Below are positions 1-12,475 of a stretch of 48,039 nt of DNA, piece after piece. Origin of the DNA: Octopus bimaculoides (taxonomy: Eukaryota); assembly GCF_001194135.2 (NCBI RefSeq), contig NC_069005.1:21195696-21243734 (forward strand). The letters are read 5' to 3'. The notes under the pieces are model-generated. The model had not been told where the DNA came from. It did not search any database and saw nothing but the letters and a program-made list of their open reading frames with translations. The stretch's first letter is position 1; each line of letters opens with the position of its first letter. The translations under genes were made by a program, and so were the position numbers.

Positions 1-336
1 ATAGGATCACGGTTTTGATTCCCAGACCGGGCGTTGTGTTTATTGAGCGAAAACACCTAAAAGCTCCACAAGGCTCTGGCAGGGGATGGTGGCAAACCCT
101 GCTGTACTCTTTCACCACAACTTTCTCTCACTCTCTTACTTCCTGTTTCTGTTGTACCTGTAATTCAAAGGGTCAGCCTTGTCACACTGTGTCACGCTGA
201 ATATCCCCGAGAACTACGTTAAGGGTACACGTGTCTGTGGAGTGCTCAGCCACTTGCACGTTAATTTCACGAGCAGGCTGTTCCGTTGATCAGATCAACC
301 GGAACCTTCGACGTCGTAAGCAACGGAGTGCCAACA
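1..336 (+). mobile_element. tRNA(Arg)-like SINE, family A (5' end cut by window edge)
   Basis: Near-identical to copies at 11389, 37844 and 41439; B-box-like GGTTTTGATTCCC. Confidence 0.85.
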
Positions 337-690
337 TGCCACCAGCTAGACAGAAGGATCAAAATTAATTCCAGTAATCCAACTCAAAAGAATGCTACAA
401 ATTGCCCACTTCAAAAGAATTTGATTTCAGGGACTAATCAACAACAACTAATAAACATTGTGGGTGGGTTTTCTTTTTTGTTTGCTTGTTTGCTTGTTAC
501 ATTCTGACACAAATATAGGTACATGATCTTTATTTTCACTAGTCAAACTGGTTGATAAAAAAAAAAAAAGAAAGAAAAAGACAAAACAACATATACAAAA
601 CAGAAACTGATCAGGAATCTTAAAATCAAAATACAAAGAAGAGGAAAACCCAAGACATAAATCACCCGATCATTTTTTAAAAAATCTTTA

Positions 691-1427
691 NNNNNNNNNN
701 NNNNNNNNNNNNNNNNNNNNNNNNNNNNNNNNNNNNNNNNNNNNNNNNNNNNNNNNNNNNNNNNNNNNNNNNNNNNNNNNNNNNNNNNNNNNNNNNNNNN
801 NNNNNNNNNNNNNNNNNNNNNNNNNNNNNNNNNNNNNNNNNNNNNNNNNNNNNNNNNNNNNNNNNNNNNNNNNNNNNNNNNNNNNNNNNNNNNNNNNNNN
901 NNNNNNNNNNNNNNNNNNNNNNNNNNNNNNNNNNNNNNNNNNNNNNNNNNNNNNNNNNNNNNNNNNNNNNNNNNNNNNNNNNNNNNNNNNNNNNNNNNNN
1001 NNNNNNNNNNNNNNNNNNNNNNNNNNNNNNNNNNNNNNNNNNNNNNNNNNNNNNNNNNNNNNNNNNNNNNNNNNNNNNNNNNNNNNNNNNNNNNNNNNNN
1101 NNNNNNNNNNNNNNNNNNNNNNNNNNNNNNNNNNNNNNNNNNNNNNNNNNNNNNNNNNNNNNNNNNNNNNNNNNNNNNNNNNNNNNNNNNNNNNNNNNNN
1201 NNNNNNNNNNNNNNNNNNNNNNNNNNNNNNNNNNNNNNNNNNNNNNNNNNNNNNNNNNNNNNNNNNNNNNNNNNNNNNNNNNNNNNNNNNNNNNNNNNNN
1301 NNNNNNNNNNNNNNNNNNNNNNNNNNNNNNNNNNNNNNNNNNNNNNNNNNNNNNNNNNNNNNNNNNNNNNNNNNNNNNNNNNNNNNNNNNNNNNNNNNNN
1401 NNNNNNNNNNNNNNNNNNNNNNNNNNN
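691..1427. other. Assembly gap (737 N) downstream of the MEPCE splice donor
   Basis: N-run. Confidence 0.99.
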
Positions 1428-1502
1428 TTTAAATCAGAATTTAAAATATAGAGTCCAGACTTTTTACGTAAATCCCAGCAATAGACTATTAAATGTGTTA
1501 AT

Positions 1503-1733
1503 GCGAGCTGGCCGAAGCGTTAGCACGCCGGGCGAAATGCTTAGCAGTATTTTGTCTGTCGTTACGTTCTGAGTTCAAATTCCGCCGAGGTCGACTTTGC
1601 CTTTCATCCTTTCGGGGTCGATAAATTAAGTACCATTTACGCACAGGTGTCGATGTAATCGACTTAATCCGTTTGTCTGTACTTGTTTGTCCCCTCTATG
1701 TTCAGGCCCTTGTGGGCAATAAAGAAATAAGAA
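1503..1733 (+). mobile_element. SINE family C (core GCCTTTCATCCTTTCGGGGTCGATAAATTAAGTACC) with Tx1-like tail
   Basis: B-box-like GAGTTCAAATTCC; tail GTCCCCTCTATGTTCAGGCCCTTGTGGGCAATAAAGAAA. Confidence 0.85.
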
Positions 1734-2500
1734 AGATATTGAAAAACAATACATGTCAGAGTGACAAAGAAACAAGGAAGGTATCAGGTGGTCATGAGAT
1801 TTGCTAAAAATAACAGCTAAGTAGCTCTTAAATCACAAACCAAAAAGTTTTTTTTCCTTTTTTGGTTTTTGCAAAATCACATGATTTTCCATGTGTAGAA
1901 CACAAATTCGCAAAATTTCTTTGAAAATTCCTAAAAATAAAGAAGTTATGGAGGAGGTTATATGGTATGCTTAAAGCAGAATTCTGCCAGTCTAAATTGG
2001 TAAAGACAGAAACTGTGTGGAAGCTCAAAGGGATAATTCCTGTTGTTGGGCAAGAGGCTCAGTATGTCCCTTGGTTTAACATTACCACACAGCTCTTAGG
2101 CACCTTTTAGTGGAGTACACTGTTTCAAGCATTCAGGTCAGGTCTCTGATCCAAGGATAAATAAATTCTACCATTTTGGAGGGAACCTAAAGTAGTTCAT
2201 GGATATTGGTTTTATATCTTGAAGAGGGATGGCTAGATGAGTTCCAACATGCAAACTTGCTCTACATAAGAAATAAGTCTTCATTGGTGCTCAATAGAGA
2301 ATTATTGACAGAGTTCATTAGTTACTGAGCTTAAATATAGAAAAACAGAGGTTAAAGCCACATATTCTGAAGGGAGGGAGACCGTCAATTTAATTAACCC
2401 TAATACCTGACAAGCAGGTATTTTATTGACCTGGGAGGGATGAAAAGATTAGTAGACGTAGGTTACACTTGAACTCTGAATTCCAGAAGAACTAAATACA

Positions 2501-2899
2501 CTCTCTCTCTTTTGCTTGTTTCAGTCATTTGACTGTGGCCATGCTGGAGCACCACCTTTAGTCGAGCAAGTCGACCCCAGGACTTATTCTTTGTAAGCCT
2601 AGTACTTATTCTATCGGTCTCTTTTGCCGAACTGCTAAGTTAAGGGGACGTAAACACACCACCATCGGTTGTCAAGCGACGGTGGGGGGACAACCACAGA
2701 CACACAAACACACACACACATATATATATATACATATATACGATGGGCTTCTTTCAGTTTCCGTCTACCAAATCCACTCACAAGGCTTTGGTCGGCCCGA
2801 GGCTATAGTAGAAGACACTTGCCCAAGGTGCCACGCAATGGGACTGAACCCGGAACCATGTGGTTGGTAAGCAAGCTACTTACCCCACAACCACTCCTG
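2501..2899 (-). mobile_element. tRNA-derived SINE, family B (internal TA/TG microsatellite, tail GGCGGTGCTCCAGCATGGCCGCAGTC)
   Basis: A box TGGTTGTGGGG, B box GGTTCAGTCCC; body shared with more than 10 copies in the window. Confidence 0.9.
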
Positions 2900-3699
2900 T
2901 AACAAAACTTTTTTTTTTGTTGTCTTTGGTTAGTAAGTGTCATTTCTTATTTGCTTCTATCCCTCTATCTAGAATTTGAAGGAAATGACTACTATTCCCT
3001 TCAAACTTTGCTTTTGTGACCTGAACATCAATGTTTTGAAACTGATCTATTTTTCATTACATTTCAAACAGATTCAGCACTGAGATGATGAAGTGAAATA
3101 TAGTTATGGCAAATATTCTGCTCAATAGCACAGATTTGCTCATCAGTTGCTTGACCATAAGCACGTCCCTTAGTAGCTGATCATGAGTAGTAGTGGGGGA
3201 ACATATCAGCCATGTGTTGAGAAGGATTCTTTGAATAAATGTAAGGAAAGCAAAGTTTGAAAGAAATATTAGCCATTTTTCATACTTTCTAGGGGAAAGA
3301 AATAACAGTTGCTACCCAAGGACAAAAATTGTGTTACACAGGGATATGTTTAATCCTGCAATTTAGCAGTTTAATAATTAGGATTTCTTAATCACATGAC
3401 TCAAATTTTGGAGGAGCATAACTGAAGCAACCAGAAGTATATTACTGACAGTTGTTGCAAGCTAACATGTAAGTAGTAGTAACCAAATCTCCCTCAAGTC
3501 ACACTCTTAAAAAATAGGAAAGATGCGTTGGATATAGTGATCCTGGATGCACTATCTTTGAATAAAAAATGGCAAGGTCATGGTTGGAGTGCATTTGATC
3601 ATTGGTTTATTTAGTCAAAGCTGACTTAGGGCTAAATAACAGCAAGTACATATTTTGGCCAAGCTGGAAGTAATAAAATGTCAACCATGAGGAGAATTT

Positions 3700-4085
3700 T
3701 GTGGCTGTGTGGTAAGTAGTTTGCTTACCAACCACATGGTTCCGGGTTCAGTCCCACTGCGTGGCACCTTGGGCAAGTGTCTTCTACTATAGCCTCGGGC
3801 CGACCAAAGCCTTGTGAGTGGATTTGGTAGACGGAAACTGAAAGAAGCCCGTCGTATATATGTATGTGTGCATATGTTGTGTATCTGTGTTTGTCCCCCC
3901 AACATCGCTTGACAACCGATGCTGGTGTGTTTACATCCCCGTAACTAGTGGTTCGGCAAAAAGAGATCGATAGAATAAGTACTAGGTTTGCAAAGAATAA
4001 GTCCTGGGGTCGATTTGATTCGACTAAAGACGGTGCTCCAGCATGGCCGCAGTCAAATGACTGAAACAAGTAAAAGAATAAAAGA
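3700..4085 (+). mobile_element. tRNA-derived SINE, family B
   Basis: Full head-microsatellite-tail structure. Confidence 0.9.
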
Positions 4086-4132
4086 AAGACATAATTAAAT
4101 ACTGCAAAATATTTTTGCCTGAAGATTTAGAG

Positions 4133-4383
4133 CAGTGGTTATCAACCATTTTTTGCCTGTGAACACCTTTGATTCCTTCTTTACCAGACCTCCATAGCCA
4201 CTTAATGTATACAAAAAAAATCTTACTGTATTTTAATAATCAGATACCATTAGGAATTACATAAACAGATTTAAATATTTTGTGTATTGTAGAAGTATAA
4301 TCAATTTATTGCATGTAAATTTTAACAACTAAACCTTGTATGGAACCCCAAGAGCCATATAGACCCTGGTTTGAGAATCACTG
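4133..4383. mobile_element. hAT (Charlie-type) MITE
   Basis: TIRs CAGTGGTTATCAACC / GGTTTGAGAATCACTG; 8-bp flanks ATTTAGAG / GTCTAGAG (6 of 8 match). Confidence 0.7.
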
Positions 4384-4462
4384 GTCTAGAGTTTCTGTCA
4401 CTTTTTTTATAACAACAAATAAGAACATCTTTTTTGTTTTGCACACAAAAAATAAAGTTTAA

Positions 4463-4680
4463 CTCTTTCGTTACCAACCCACCTGAAACTGTCTCTGGCT
4501 CTCAGTACAAATGTCTTGTTTTCATAAGTTTTGAATTAAATTCTTCCACCAAACCTTAGTCACAATTTATGTTCCTAACACTAGCTTAATGATAATAAAG
4601 TTATTTTACTAAATTCTTTGTTATATTTAAAATAATTGAGAGAAAAACAGCATCTCAAAATAAATACAGTAACAAAAGAG
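4463..4680. mobile_element. piggyBac-like MITE family 1
   Basis: TTAA on both sides; TIR CTCTTTCGTTAC / GTAACAAAAGAG; inverted homologue at 36965-37186. Confidence 0.75.
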
Positions 4681-4702
4681 TTAAGAAAAATGGTGAACTT
4701 AC

Positions 4703-6169
4703 CTGTCTAAAACTGACATTTTGTGGAAAGACTCTTGGCTGTGATTCTTCGTGGTAGGGGGCAGCTAAAGGACCATAACTCAGCTTACAGGATGCCGGGA
4801 ACTTGTTTTGGTCGTTTTTACTCATATAATGCCGTATGTTGTTCCGAGCAGCAGAGATCAGTTTACTGTCAATATCAAGTCCTACAATCATCTGGGGTTT
4901 GAACTCACGGGCCACAAATAAAGTCAGATGCCCAACATTACAGCCGATGTCCAATACTTTCTTGCCCTCAAACCACTCATGTTTGAAGCAGTTGGTACGA
5001 TGGTCAATGTCATCGGTGTTGCGGTAACCGTAGTAGCGATTGTAATTACCATAGATGAATCGAGCGGATTTCGAGTTGGCACTGTTCCCTCCCTTACCCC
5101 CTCGATGGCTCTGACGTTTTCGATTTTTTCGAGTGATGGTAGGCTTCCCAATGTCATTGGGACAGCTTTCAGCTCGACTAAAGCTTTTGGAAGCTGGCAA
5201 ATTGGAGTCAACTGTCCGGCTTTCTGAGAAACTAGCTAATCGCCTTTTGCGGTTTTTAGGTGAAAGCTGAGGTATAACTGGCGAGACAATTTTATCTTCA
5301 GATTTCACCTTGTGATTTTCACTTGTCTCAGTATTTGATGTTGATCCAGTACCAGACGACAATGAAGACAATACAGGTGTGGAGACAGATAATGTCAATG
5401 GGGCAACAGCAGATCTATTATGCCTGGGGGTAACAACAGTGCTGGTTGGTACGGGTACACTTTCATCATCTATTTCAATCTTCAGAGCTTCAGCAAGTAT
5501 CTTCTTCTTCTCAGACTCCTTGGAAAGACATATTGGTGTGGTTGGAGTTGTTACTGAGTCGCCAGTTGTATTGCTTTCACTTTTTTTGCGACCTTTGTGT
5601 CTCTTTTTCCTTTTGGCATTCATTTTTGCTGGCGTTAGGGGTTCATTTTCCATATCGGGTTCGTTCAGGTTGAGTGGATCAAACTGGTTTCTGGGCATGA
5701 CAACTGCAACATCACGCCGATGAGCAGGTGTTGGGACAGGAGATGACTGAGGCGTCCGCTCATTTAGAGCTCTGTTCACTTCCTCATCGCACAAACTGTT
5801 CAGATTTAGGGGATCGTTAATGTTCCCACCTAAGAGAAATTTAGTTGGCAGTATTATCTTTTCACCTTTCCTCCGCTTCTTATTATGATAGTTATCAGCT
5901 GCTCCAGACCTGTTCACGAAACGGGACCGTTTGCGATGAATGGGATAGGAGAACTTGACGCCATCTCCTTTCCCGTGTTTCGCCGGTTCATTTTCCATGT
6001 CAAAATTCTGACAATCTCGACTGTTTTCTAAATCGCCCATTGGCCTCACATTTCCCGCATGTGATTTCACCTTTGTGCTCGCCAAGACTGATGCTTCTGC
6101 AGGTCGGCATTTGAAATCTTTCAAATCAAAATGTGGTTTCACAGCCGTTTTCAAGTCAACAGCACTCAT
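4703..6169 (-). CDS. MEPCE: 7SK snRNA methylphosphate capping enzyme (Bin3 family), large first coding exon of 489 codons; downstream exons not visible
   Basis: The ORF has FIYGNYNRYYGYRN, the SAM-binding motif VLDIGCNVGHLT, IVGLDIDSKLISAARNNIRHY and FPASCKLSYGPLAAP...VFPQNVSF, plus the N-terminal [21 protein letters not shown] motif. All match MEPCE/Bin3 as recalled. First ATG at 6169 (MSAVDLK); phase-0 donor CAG|GTAAGT at 4703/4702. Confidence 0.95.
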
Positions 6170-8364
6170 GATGTATTTTGAGGAGATCTTCAAAATCTTA
6201 AGAACTTTAATTCGAGTCTTTTATGTTATTTGATGAATACACACACTCACACACACATCCAAGAACAATTAATAAAAGTTTGAAATACTGTTTATAAATG
6301 TCAAAATTGTGTGTATTAGGTGTATTTAGATGTGTCGTGCGCTTCTTTGGGAAATCTATTTTAAATAGAGAAAGTTTTTAAAAAAATGTTTATATAAATC
6401 CAACATGTTTAAAACTAAAAAATTACGAAACAAAAAAAAAGCAGTATCAAAGTCTTTAATAAAGAAATATAGTTGCTGCTATGTAGTAAACATTTGACTA
6501 GCGATATCACCGATTTAAGTGAAATATTGTTGATACTGGAACTTGTGAGGGTGTAAGATGAGGAACCACAACAGTAGGAGGGTAATTAATTCTTTGAAGA
6601 CAACTACCAATACTATTATTATTATTATTATTATTGCAACGAAAACCACCACCACCACTTGCACAAGTGTGTGGGGCCGATCTCCTCCTCCGGTGCACGC
6701 TGGATACAAGACAAGCACTCGAAGAACTGCTTGCAGAATCTCTTAGCGAAACCAAAATATTTCTGTCGATTCGGCAATGATTGGTACGCAAAGGAAAACT
6801 AGTGTGACGACTATAACTACGAGTATACAGCAGTTTACAGGACTTGGTCGTCATCCTCTTCGAGGAAGTTACCAAAGCTAATTTATATATATATAAATAT
6901 ATATATATATGTATATATAGACAAATGCAAGTGTTATCTAAAAAGGTGGTTATTTAAAATCTTTTAAAAGTTGTTTAAAAGCTGGTAACTATTTTCTCAA
7001 TACATTTAAAGAATAAACATGGTTTAATTAAAATAATAAATGACAGAAAAAAATTGATAAGTAAATGAACAATATAAAAAAAAGTACAAAATTAAGTGAT
7101 AAAGTAAATAACGCTGCTAAAACGTGTTGTTTTTTGTTACATCAGAGAAATTTTTTAAAGTAATTTCGAGACTGACACTAGAACAGTCAGTCGAAGGAGG
7201 GGAACATGAAATGAAAAACAACGCACATGTAAGGGGGATTGGACTGGCTTGGATGTCGTTGTTGTGATGGCGGTAATGACAACAATAAAACGGTGTGATG
7301 AAAAGAGGAAGATGAAGAAAGAAAGTAAAGAAAGGAAACAAGCAAAATTACAGTGATGTGAATGTACGTGCACACGCACGGAACACTATGCTGTATAGTA
7401 ATACAGGTAATACTACAATATACGCGGTGGTTATGTAGGTATACGAGTGTATGTTTGCATGTGTGTGCATATATATATGTATATATGTGTGTGTGTGTGT
7501 GCGTATACGTTAGACAACGAGCATGTGCACGCAGGATACAATAGATTTTCAAAACAAAAACTATGTTGTTCAAAGAAAATAACAGTTCCCCATGTAACTT
7601 TGTTTAAACTGTTTGTTGGTGCATGTACCCTAAGGTGCGAAGTTGGATGTTAATGAGATTATATCACTGAACAAATACAATATATAACACATATATGTAG
7701 AGAGAGAGAAAGATGCAAATTAGAGGCTTAGATATCATGCACATGTATGTAAATATATACATACATTACCGAAATCTTGTTTATACATGTTAATGTGTAT
7801 ATTAAATAATTTGCATACGCATCTATTGCAATGTGTGTGTAAGAAAAATAAATGTAGATTTTTAAAGTAACGTGTTAATGTAGACAATTAACTGTTTTTC
7901 GATAGAAGAACATGTTACAAAGAAAAAAGGTAGAGAAAAATTGTTGACGTTAAGGAATAAATAATCAAGGAAAGACGGAAAGAGAAAGAAAGACGAAAGA
8001 AGGCGTATAACGGAGGTATAGAAGAGAGTGTTGAAGTCAGATAAGCGAAGAGAGAGAGTGACGAGGAGAAAGCGTAATGTTGAAAAGAGAGAATGCAAGA
8101 GAAGAGGTGTAGTAAAGAGGAAAATGAAAGAAGGGGAGGAGGTAGAGTAGAAGTAAATTAGAGATAAAGTAAAGGTAAAGAGATAAGAGAGAGGCACACA
8201 CATACGTATGTGTATACTGCTGCTGCTGTTGTTGTTGTTGTTAACAAGAAGTGGGTTTTCGCGCAGTTCTCAGTCAGATTATCTCGGCTTCAACTATTTT
8301 CGAATTCTTTTTTTCAATAATTTTCAAGAACTTTTCTTTCCAATTTCTTCTTTCCCAATTATTC

Positions 8365-8450
8365 TCGTTCGTCTCGACCGATGCAGCCATCCAAACGTCC
8401 TGCTGCGACTGGCACAGCGGCACGATTGAATTGCGCATGCTTCTCTCGCA
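8365..8450. promoter_or_regulatory. Candidate CpG-rich promoter patch upstream of MEPCE with an NRF1-like GCGCATGC site
   Basis: Non-repetitive CpG-dense patch about 2.2 kb upstream of the MEPCE ATG; GCGCATGC at 8433-8440. No transcript evidence. Confidence 0.3.
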
Positions 8451-9878
8451 GCATTCTGGGTATTTGTCATGCAAAGGTGAAGAAACCATATTTCAAGGGA
8501 GATAATAAAAAGCCATGGCTGCCACAAGCAACTGATCAAAGTGACACTAACTGGCTTTTATATTTAATATTATACCCTTACTACGCGAATCATGAAGGCA
8601 AATTATTTTTAAAAATGCTAATACCAAAACAACAACGAAATGTGTGTTTAATTAAAAAAGAAACCCAGCTCTTTTCCGACCAAATCCTTATTCAATGCCT
8701 TCACTTAAACGATTTTACTGATTAACACTTTAAACCGCCCTGTCGCCTTTATCCGATAAATTTGTTACAAATATTTTATAAATGTCTTTATTTCTTAGCT
8801 GCTTTGCTATATATACGCATATGTTCATACTTATAATTTGTGCTTGAGGATAACAACCCTATTACAACCTATTACTGTTTTATGAATTTCAGGGTAGCTT
8901 TACTAAAGCCTTTTTTTCTCCGATGTTCTATTCCCCCCACCCTTGGCTGTAACTGAATTTATGATGTAAGAAATTATTATTATTATTATTATTATTAGAA
9001 GTAGTAGTAAGTGTGACCTATATGTATTATTCCCTGCAAGTAGCAGTAATAGTTAACATTTATTGCTTCTAGTAACAGTATTAGCAGCCATATAATTAAT
9101 TATGTTATTACAGATATAAGTAGTACTAGTAGTAACGTTAACCACTATCACTAGTGGTACAGATATCACTTAATACTACTACTACCATTAGAAGTAGTGG
9201 AACTAGTAGTAGTAGTAATAGTAGTAAAAATAGACGAAATTACATTATCAGCAGCAGTCGTATGTATCCTAACTTAATATTCGCTAGTTAGTTAATAGTT
9301 GTGGTTGGTGAGGATGACATTGTTATTTGAGCAAAGTAGAAGCGATAGAGTACCGGATTAAATGTATTGAGTATTCAGTTATGTCCCTTTATGTTCTGAG
9401 TTCAAATCCGCTCAATGTAATTTTCGCCTCTTAGTCCTCCCGGGTCAATAAAATAAGTACCAGTCATTAACTGAGATCGACTAAATCGGCCAGGTCCACA
9501 CCCCACTCAAAAATGTATAGACGTGTTCCTAATATATTACAACTGACTTTATTAATCTCCTTCCTCTAAATTTCAGACATTTTGCTAAAAAGAAATTATT
9601 AAATACTATTGTTTGAAGCAGTATTTATATTTCACGCACGCACACATACACACATGCATGCGCGCGCACACATGTATATATACGTCTGTATGTGGGTATG
9701 TATTTAGGCATGGGCATAGGGTTAAGAAGATTGCTTCACAATCATGTGGTTTGGGGTTCAGTCCTGCCATGTGGCACCTTAGATGAGTATCATTTCTTAT
9801 AACCTCAGACTGACAGAAGCCTTGTGACTGGATTTGGTAGCTGGAAATTGCTGTACATATATGCTATGTATGTTTGTG

Positions 9879-9919
<41 letters not shown>

Positions 9920-10247
9920 TCATCATCATCATCATCATTATTTAACGTCCGTTGTCCATGCTGGTATGGGTTGGATGGTTTGACCAGAGCTGGCAAGTTG
10001 GAGAGCTGCACTGCCAAGATGTAAAAATAGATATGCCTCTCAAGTCATACACTTAACCACTCTCTTGAGTAGTCACCAGGTCTGTCCCTGCCATCTGAAA
10101 CCTAAGGTATGTTTAGTGGAGTCGAAGCTGTTGTAAGCATTTGGGCCAGGTCTTTTGCTTGAGAATAATGTCCTCCTTCAATCTGAATGGTCTTGGATGC
10201 CCTATAAAGGGTCAAGTGTAATATCTCCTCTCTTAGACCATCATCGT

Positions 10248-10565
10248 GATCATCATTTAACGTCTGTTTTCCATGCTGGTATGACTTGGCTGTTAGAATA
10301 GGAGCTGACAAGCTGGAGGGCTGCATCAAACTCCAGTCATCTGTTTTGGCATGGTTTCTATTACTGGATGCCCTTCCTAATGCCAACAACTTTACAGAGT
10401 GTACTGGGTGCTTTTCATGTGGCACTGGCACAGGTGCATATTATGTGACACTGGCAAGGATACTTATTATGTGGCGCCGATACAAGTGCTTATGTGGTGC
10501 TAGCATTGCTTCTTATATGATGTTAGCACGGGTGCTTTTTATGTGATTCGAGCAAGGATGCTTTA
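10248..10565 (-). mobile_element. Older RTE 3'UTR/tail copy
   Basis: CATCATTTAACGTCTGTTTTCCATGCTGG...CTGGATGCCCTTCCTAATGCCAAC. Similar diverged copies at about 9916, 21714, 24555, 28300 and 33747. Confidence 0.75.
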
Positions 10566-11388
10566 TAAGTGGCACCATTACCAGTAGGGTGGCAAAGTAG
10601 CTTGCAAAATAAGGACATCTCAGTTGAAATGGGGAGAAGAACCAAGAAAAGTGGTCATATGCCAAACGAGGTTGGAGTATGAAAGACTGACAGGGATAGC
10701 TATCTTATTATTAGTGTGTGAATCTGAGAGGGAAATGTGTTGAATAAAATCACTCAATCTGCTTGAAATAGTAGCTAAATTTCCTCGAATTACATCCTTT
10801 TATATTGGTTTCAATAATAAACACACACACTGGTTCTGTTTCACTTCTTTATTATTCAACAATTGGTTTGCTGCTTAACCAACAAATTAATTGATTGTTT
10901 GATGCATCATTTGATTAATCAATGAATCAGTTGTGTTTGTAGAAGTTCCTTCACTGCCATTTGCAACCTCTTCAATGACATGCCTTCTCTACTCCAGGTC
11001 AGCTTATTATAAAGTTGAATACCTATGAATTTGTAAAATTAACAATTTGTTGTTTTTGGCATCATCATCATCATTATAACCATTGTCACCATCACTGTCA
11101 TAATAGAAGTATACCCACAGGTTATTAAGCAGTTGCAATTTGCTATCTGGTACTAAACAGCTTATAAACTCTGCTTTATGTGTCACTCAACCTGCTTGAA
11201 ATAGTAGTTAAATTTCCTCAAATTACATAATTTTTTATTGGTTTCAAATTTTGGTATAAGAGCAGCAGTTTCAGAGAAGAGGTTAAGTCAATTACATTGA
11301 CCCCAGTGCTTGACTGGTACTTATTTTATTGACCCCAAAAGGATGAAAGGCAAAGTCAACCGTGGCAGAATTTTAACACTGAATATGT

Positions 11389-11747
11389 TGTTGGCACTCC
11401 ATTGCTTACAATACCGATCAACGGAACAGCCTGCTCGTGAAAGTAACGTGCAAGTTGCTGAGCACTCCACAGACACGTGTACCCTTAAAGTAGTTCTCAG
11501 GGATATTCAGCGTGACACAGTGTGACAAGGCTGGTCCCTTTGAATTACAGGCACAACAGAAACAGGAAGAAAGAGTGAGAGAAAGTTGTGATGGAAGAGT
11601 ACAGCAGGGTTCGCCACCATCCCCTTCTGGAGCCTCGTGGAGCTTTAGGTGTTTTCGCTCAATAAACACAACGCCCGGTCTGGGAATCGAAACTGCGATC
11701 CTATGACCACGAGTCTGCTGCCCTAACCACTGGGCCATTGCACCTCC
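11389..11747 (-). mobile_element. tRNA(Arg)-like SINE, family A, full length
   Basis: Head GGAGGTGCAATGGCCCAGTGGTTAGGGCAGCAGACTCG...GTTTCGATTCCC; body identical in layout to other copies. Confidence 0.9.
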
Positions 11748-11839
11748 ACAATACTGAACATAAAGATGGATAAATGTCTCTAAGCCTTTTGCCTGGCACT
11801 GTAATGATTCAGCTAGCTCAGTGCCTTATTATATCCTTT

Positions 11840-12082
11840 TATGAAGTGGTATCAAGAAGTTCCTGGACTTGTTCTGGAGTGTGCCAACAGATGGCTGCAC
11901 ATAGATGTGTGTACAGTGAGAGCTAGCAGTTACCTTCATGAGGCAGTGTGTCGAGTGACATCGCTGTGTTTATTTCACAAGTTGTGAAATTTGTCTTTGG
12001 GATCACATGTTTGATGTAGTCTGTGATTTTTATCAGGGACAGGAACAAAGAGCCAATGTTGAAATTTTGCATTAAACTTGGG
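11840..12082 (+). pseudogene. mariner 5' end remnant
   Basis: TIR-like TATGAAGTGGTATCAAGAAGTTCC, then EQRANV/KFCIKLG (one frameshift), typical of a mariner N-terminus. Confidence 0.65.
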
Positions 12083-12319
12083 CTTTCATCCTTTTGGGGT
12101 CGGAAAAATAAGTACCAGTGGAGCACCGGGGCCAATTTAATTGACTCGTCCCCTCCCCACAAAATTTCAGGCCTTGTACCATAGTAGAAAGGACTATTAT
12201 TATTGTTTTTAGGTGCAGGCATGGCTGTGTCGTAAGAAGTTTGCTCCCCAACCATATGGTTCTGTGTTCAGTCCAACTGCTTGACACCTTAGGCAAGTGT
12301 CTTCCACTATAGCCACGGG

Positions 12320-12475
12320 CTGGATGAGAATGGCATTAAAAAGCTTCCATGGCCAAGCCAGTCACCAGATATGAACCCTATCAAACACCTCTGGGACAGG
12401 ACACTTCATAAAAAGAACAAGAAAGTATCTTCAAAGCCAGAAATTTTGAAATTATTGCATGAAACTTGGCAAGTT
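12320..12475 (+). pseudogene. Tc1 transposase C-terminal remnant
   Basis: KLPWPSQSPDMNPIKHLWD matches the Tc1 WPxxSPDLNPIExxW motif. Confidence 0.8.

Noticed and set aside
2669-2902. Recurrent ORFs such as RWASFSFRLPNPLTRLWSARGYSRRHLPKVPR (also near 3.7, 27.5 and 38.8 kb)
   Set aside because: Translations of SINE family B.
4655-4702. C-terminal VSSPFFLTLLLLYLF of the 512-aa ORF as genuine protein
   Set aside because: It lies after a consensus GTAAGT donor and runs into a MITE.
4836-5723. Alternative-frame and antisense ORFs overlapping MEPCE
   Set aside because: Shadow ORFs of the real CDS, with no recognisable domains.
6170-6193. ORF-track start of MEPCE at 6193 (MKISSKYI)
   Set aside because: It is a TTG codon; the first ATG is at 6169.
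8381-8725. 114-aa plus-strand ORF as a divergent gene
   Set aside because: No homology recognised; it more likely overlaps promoter sequence.
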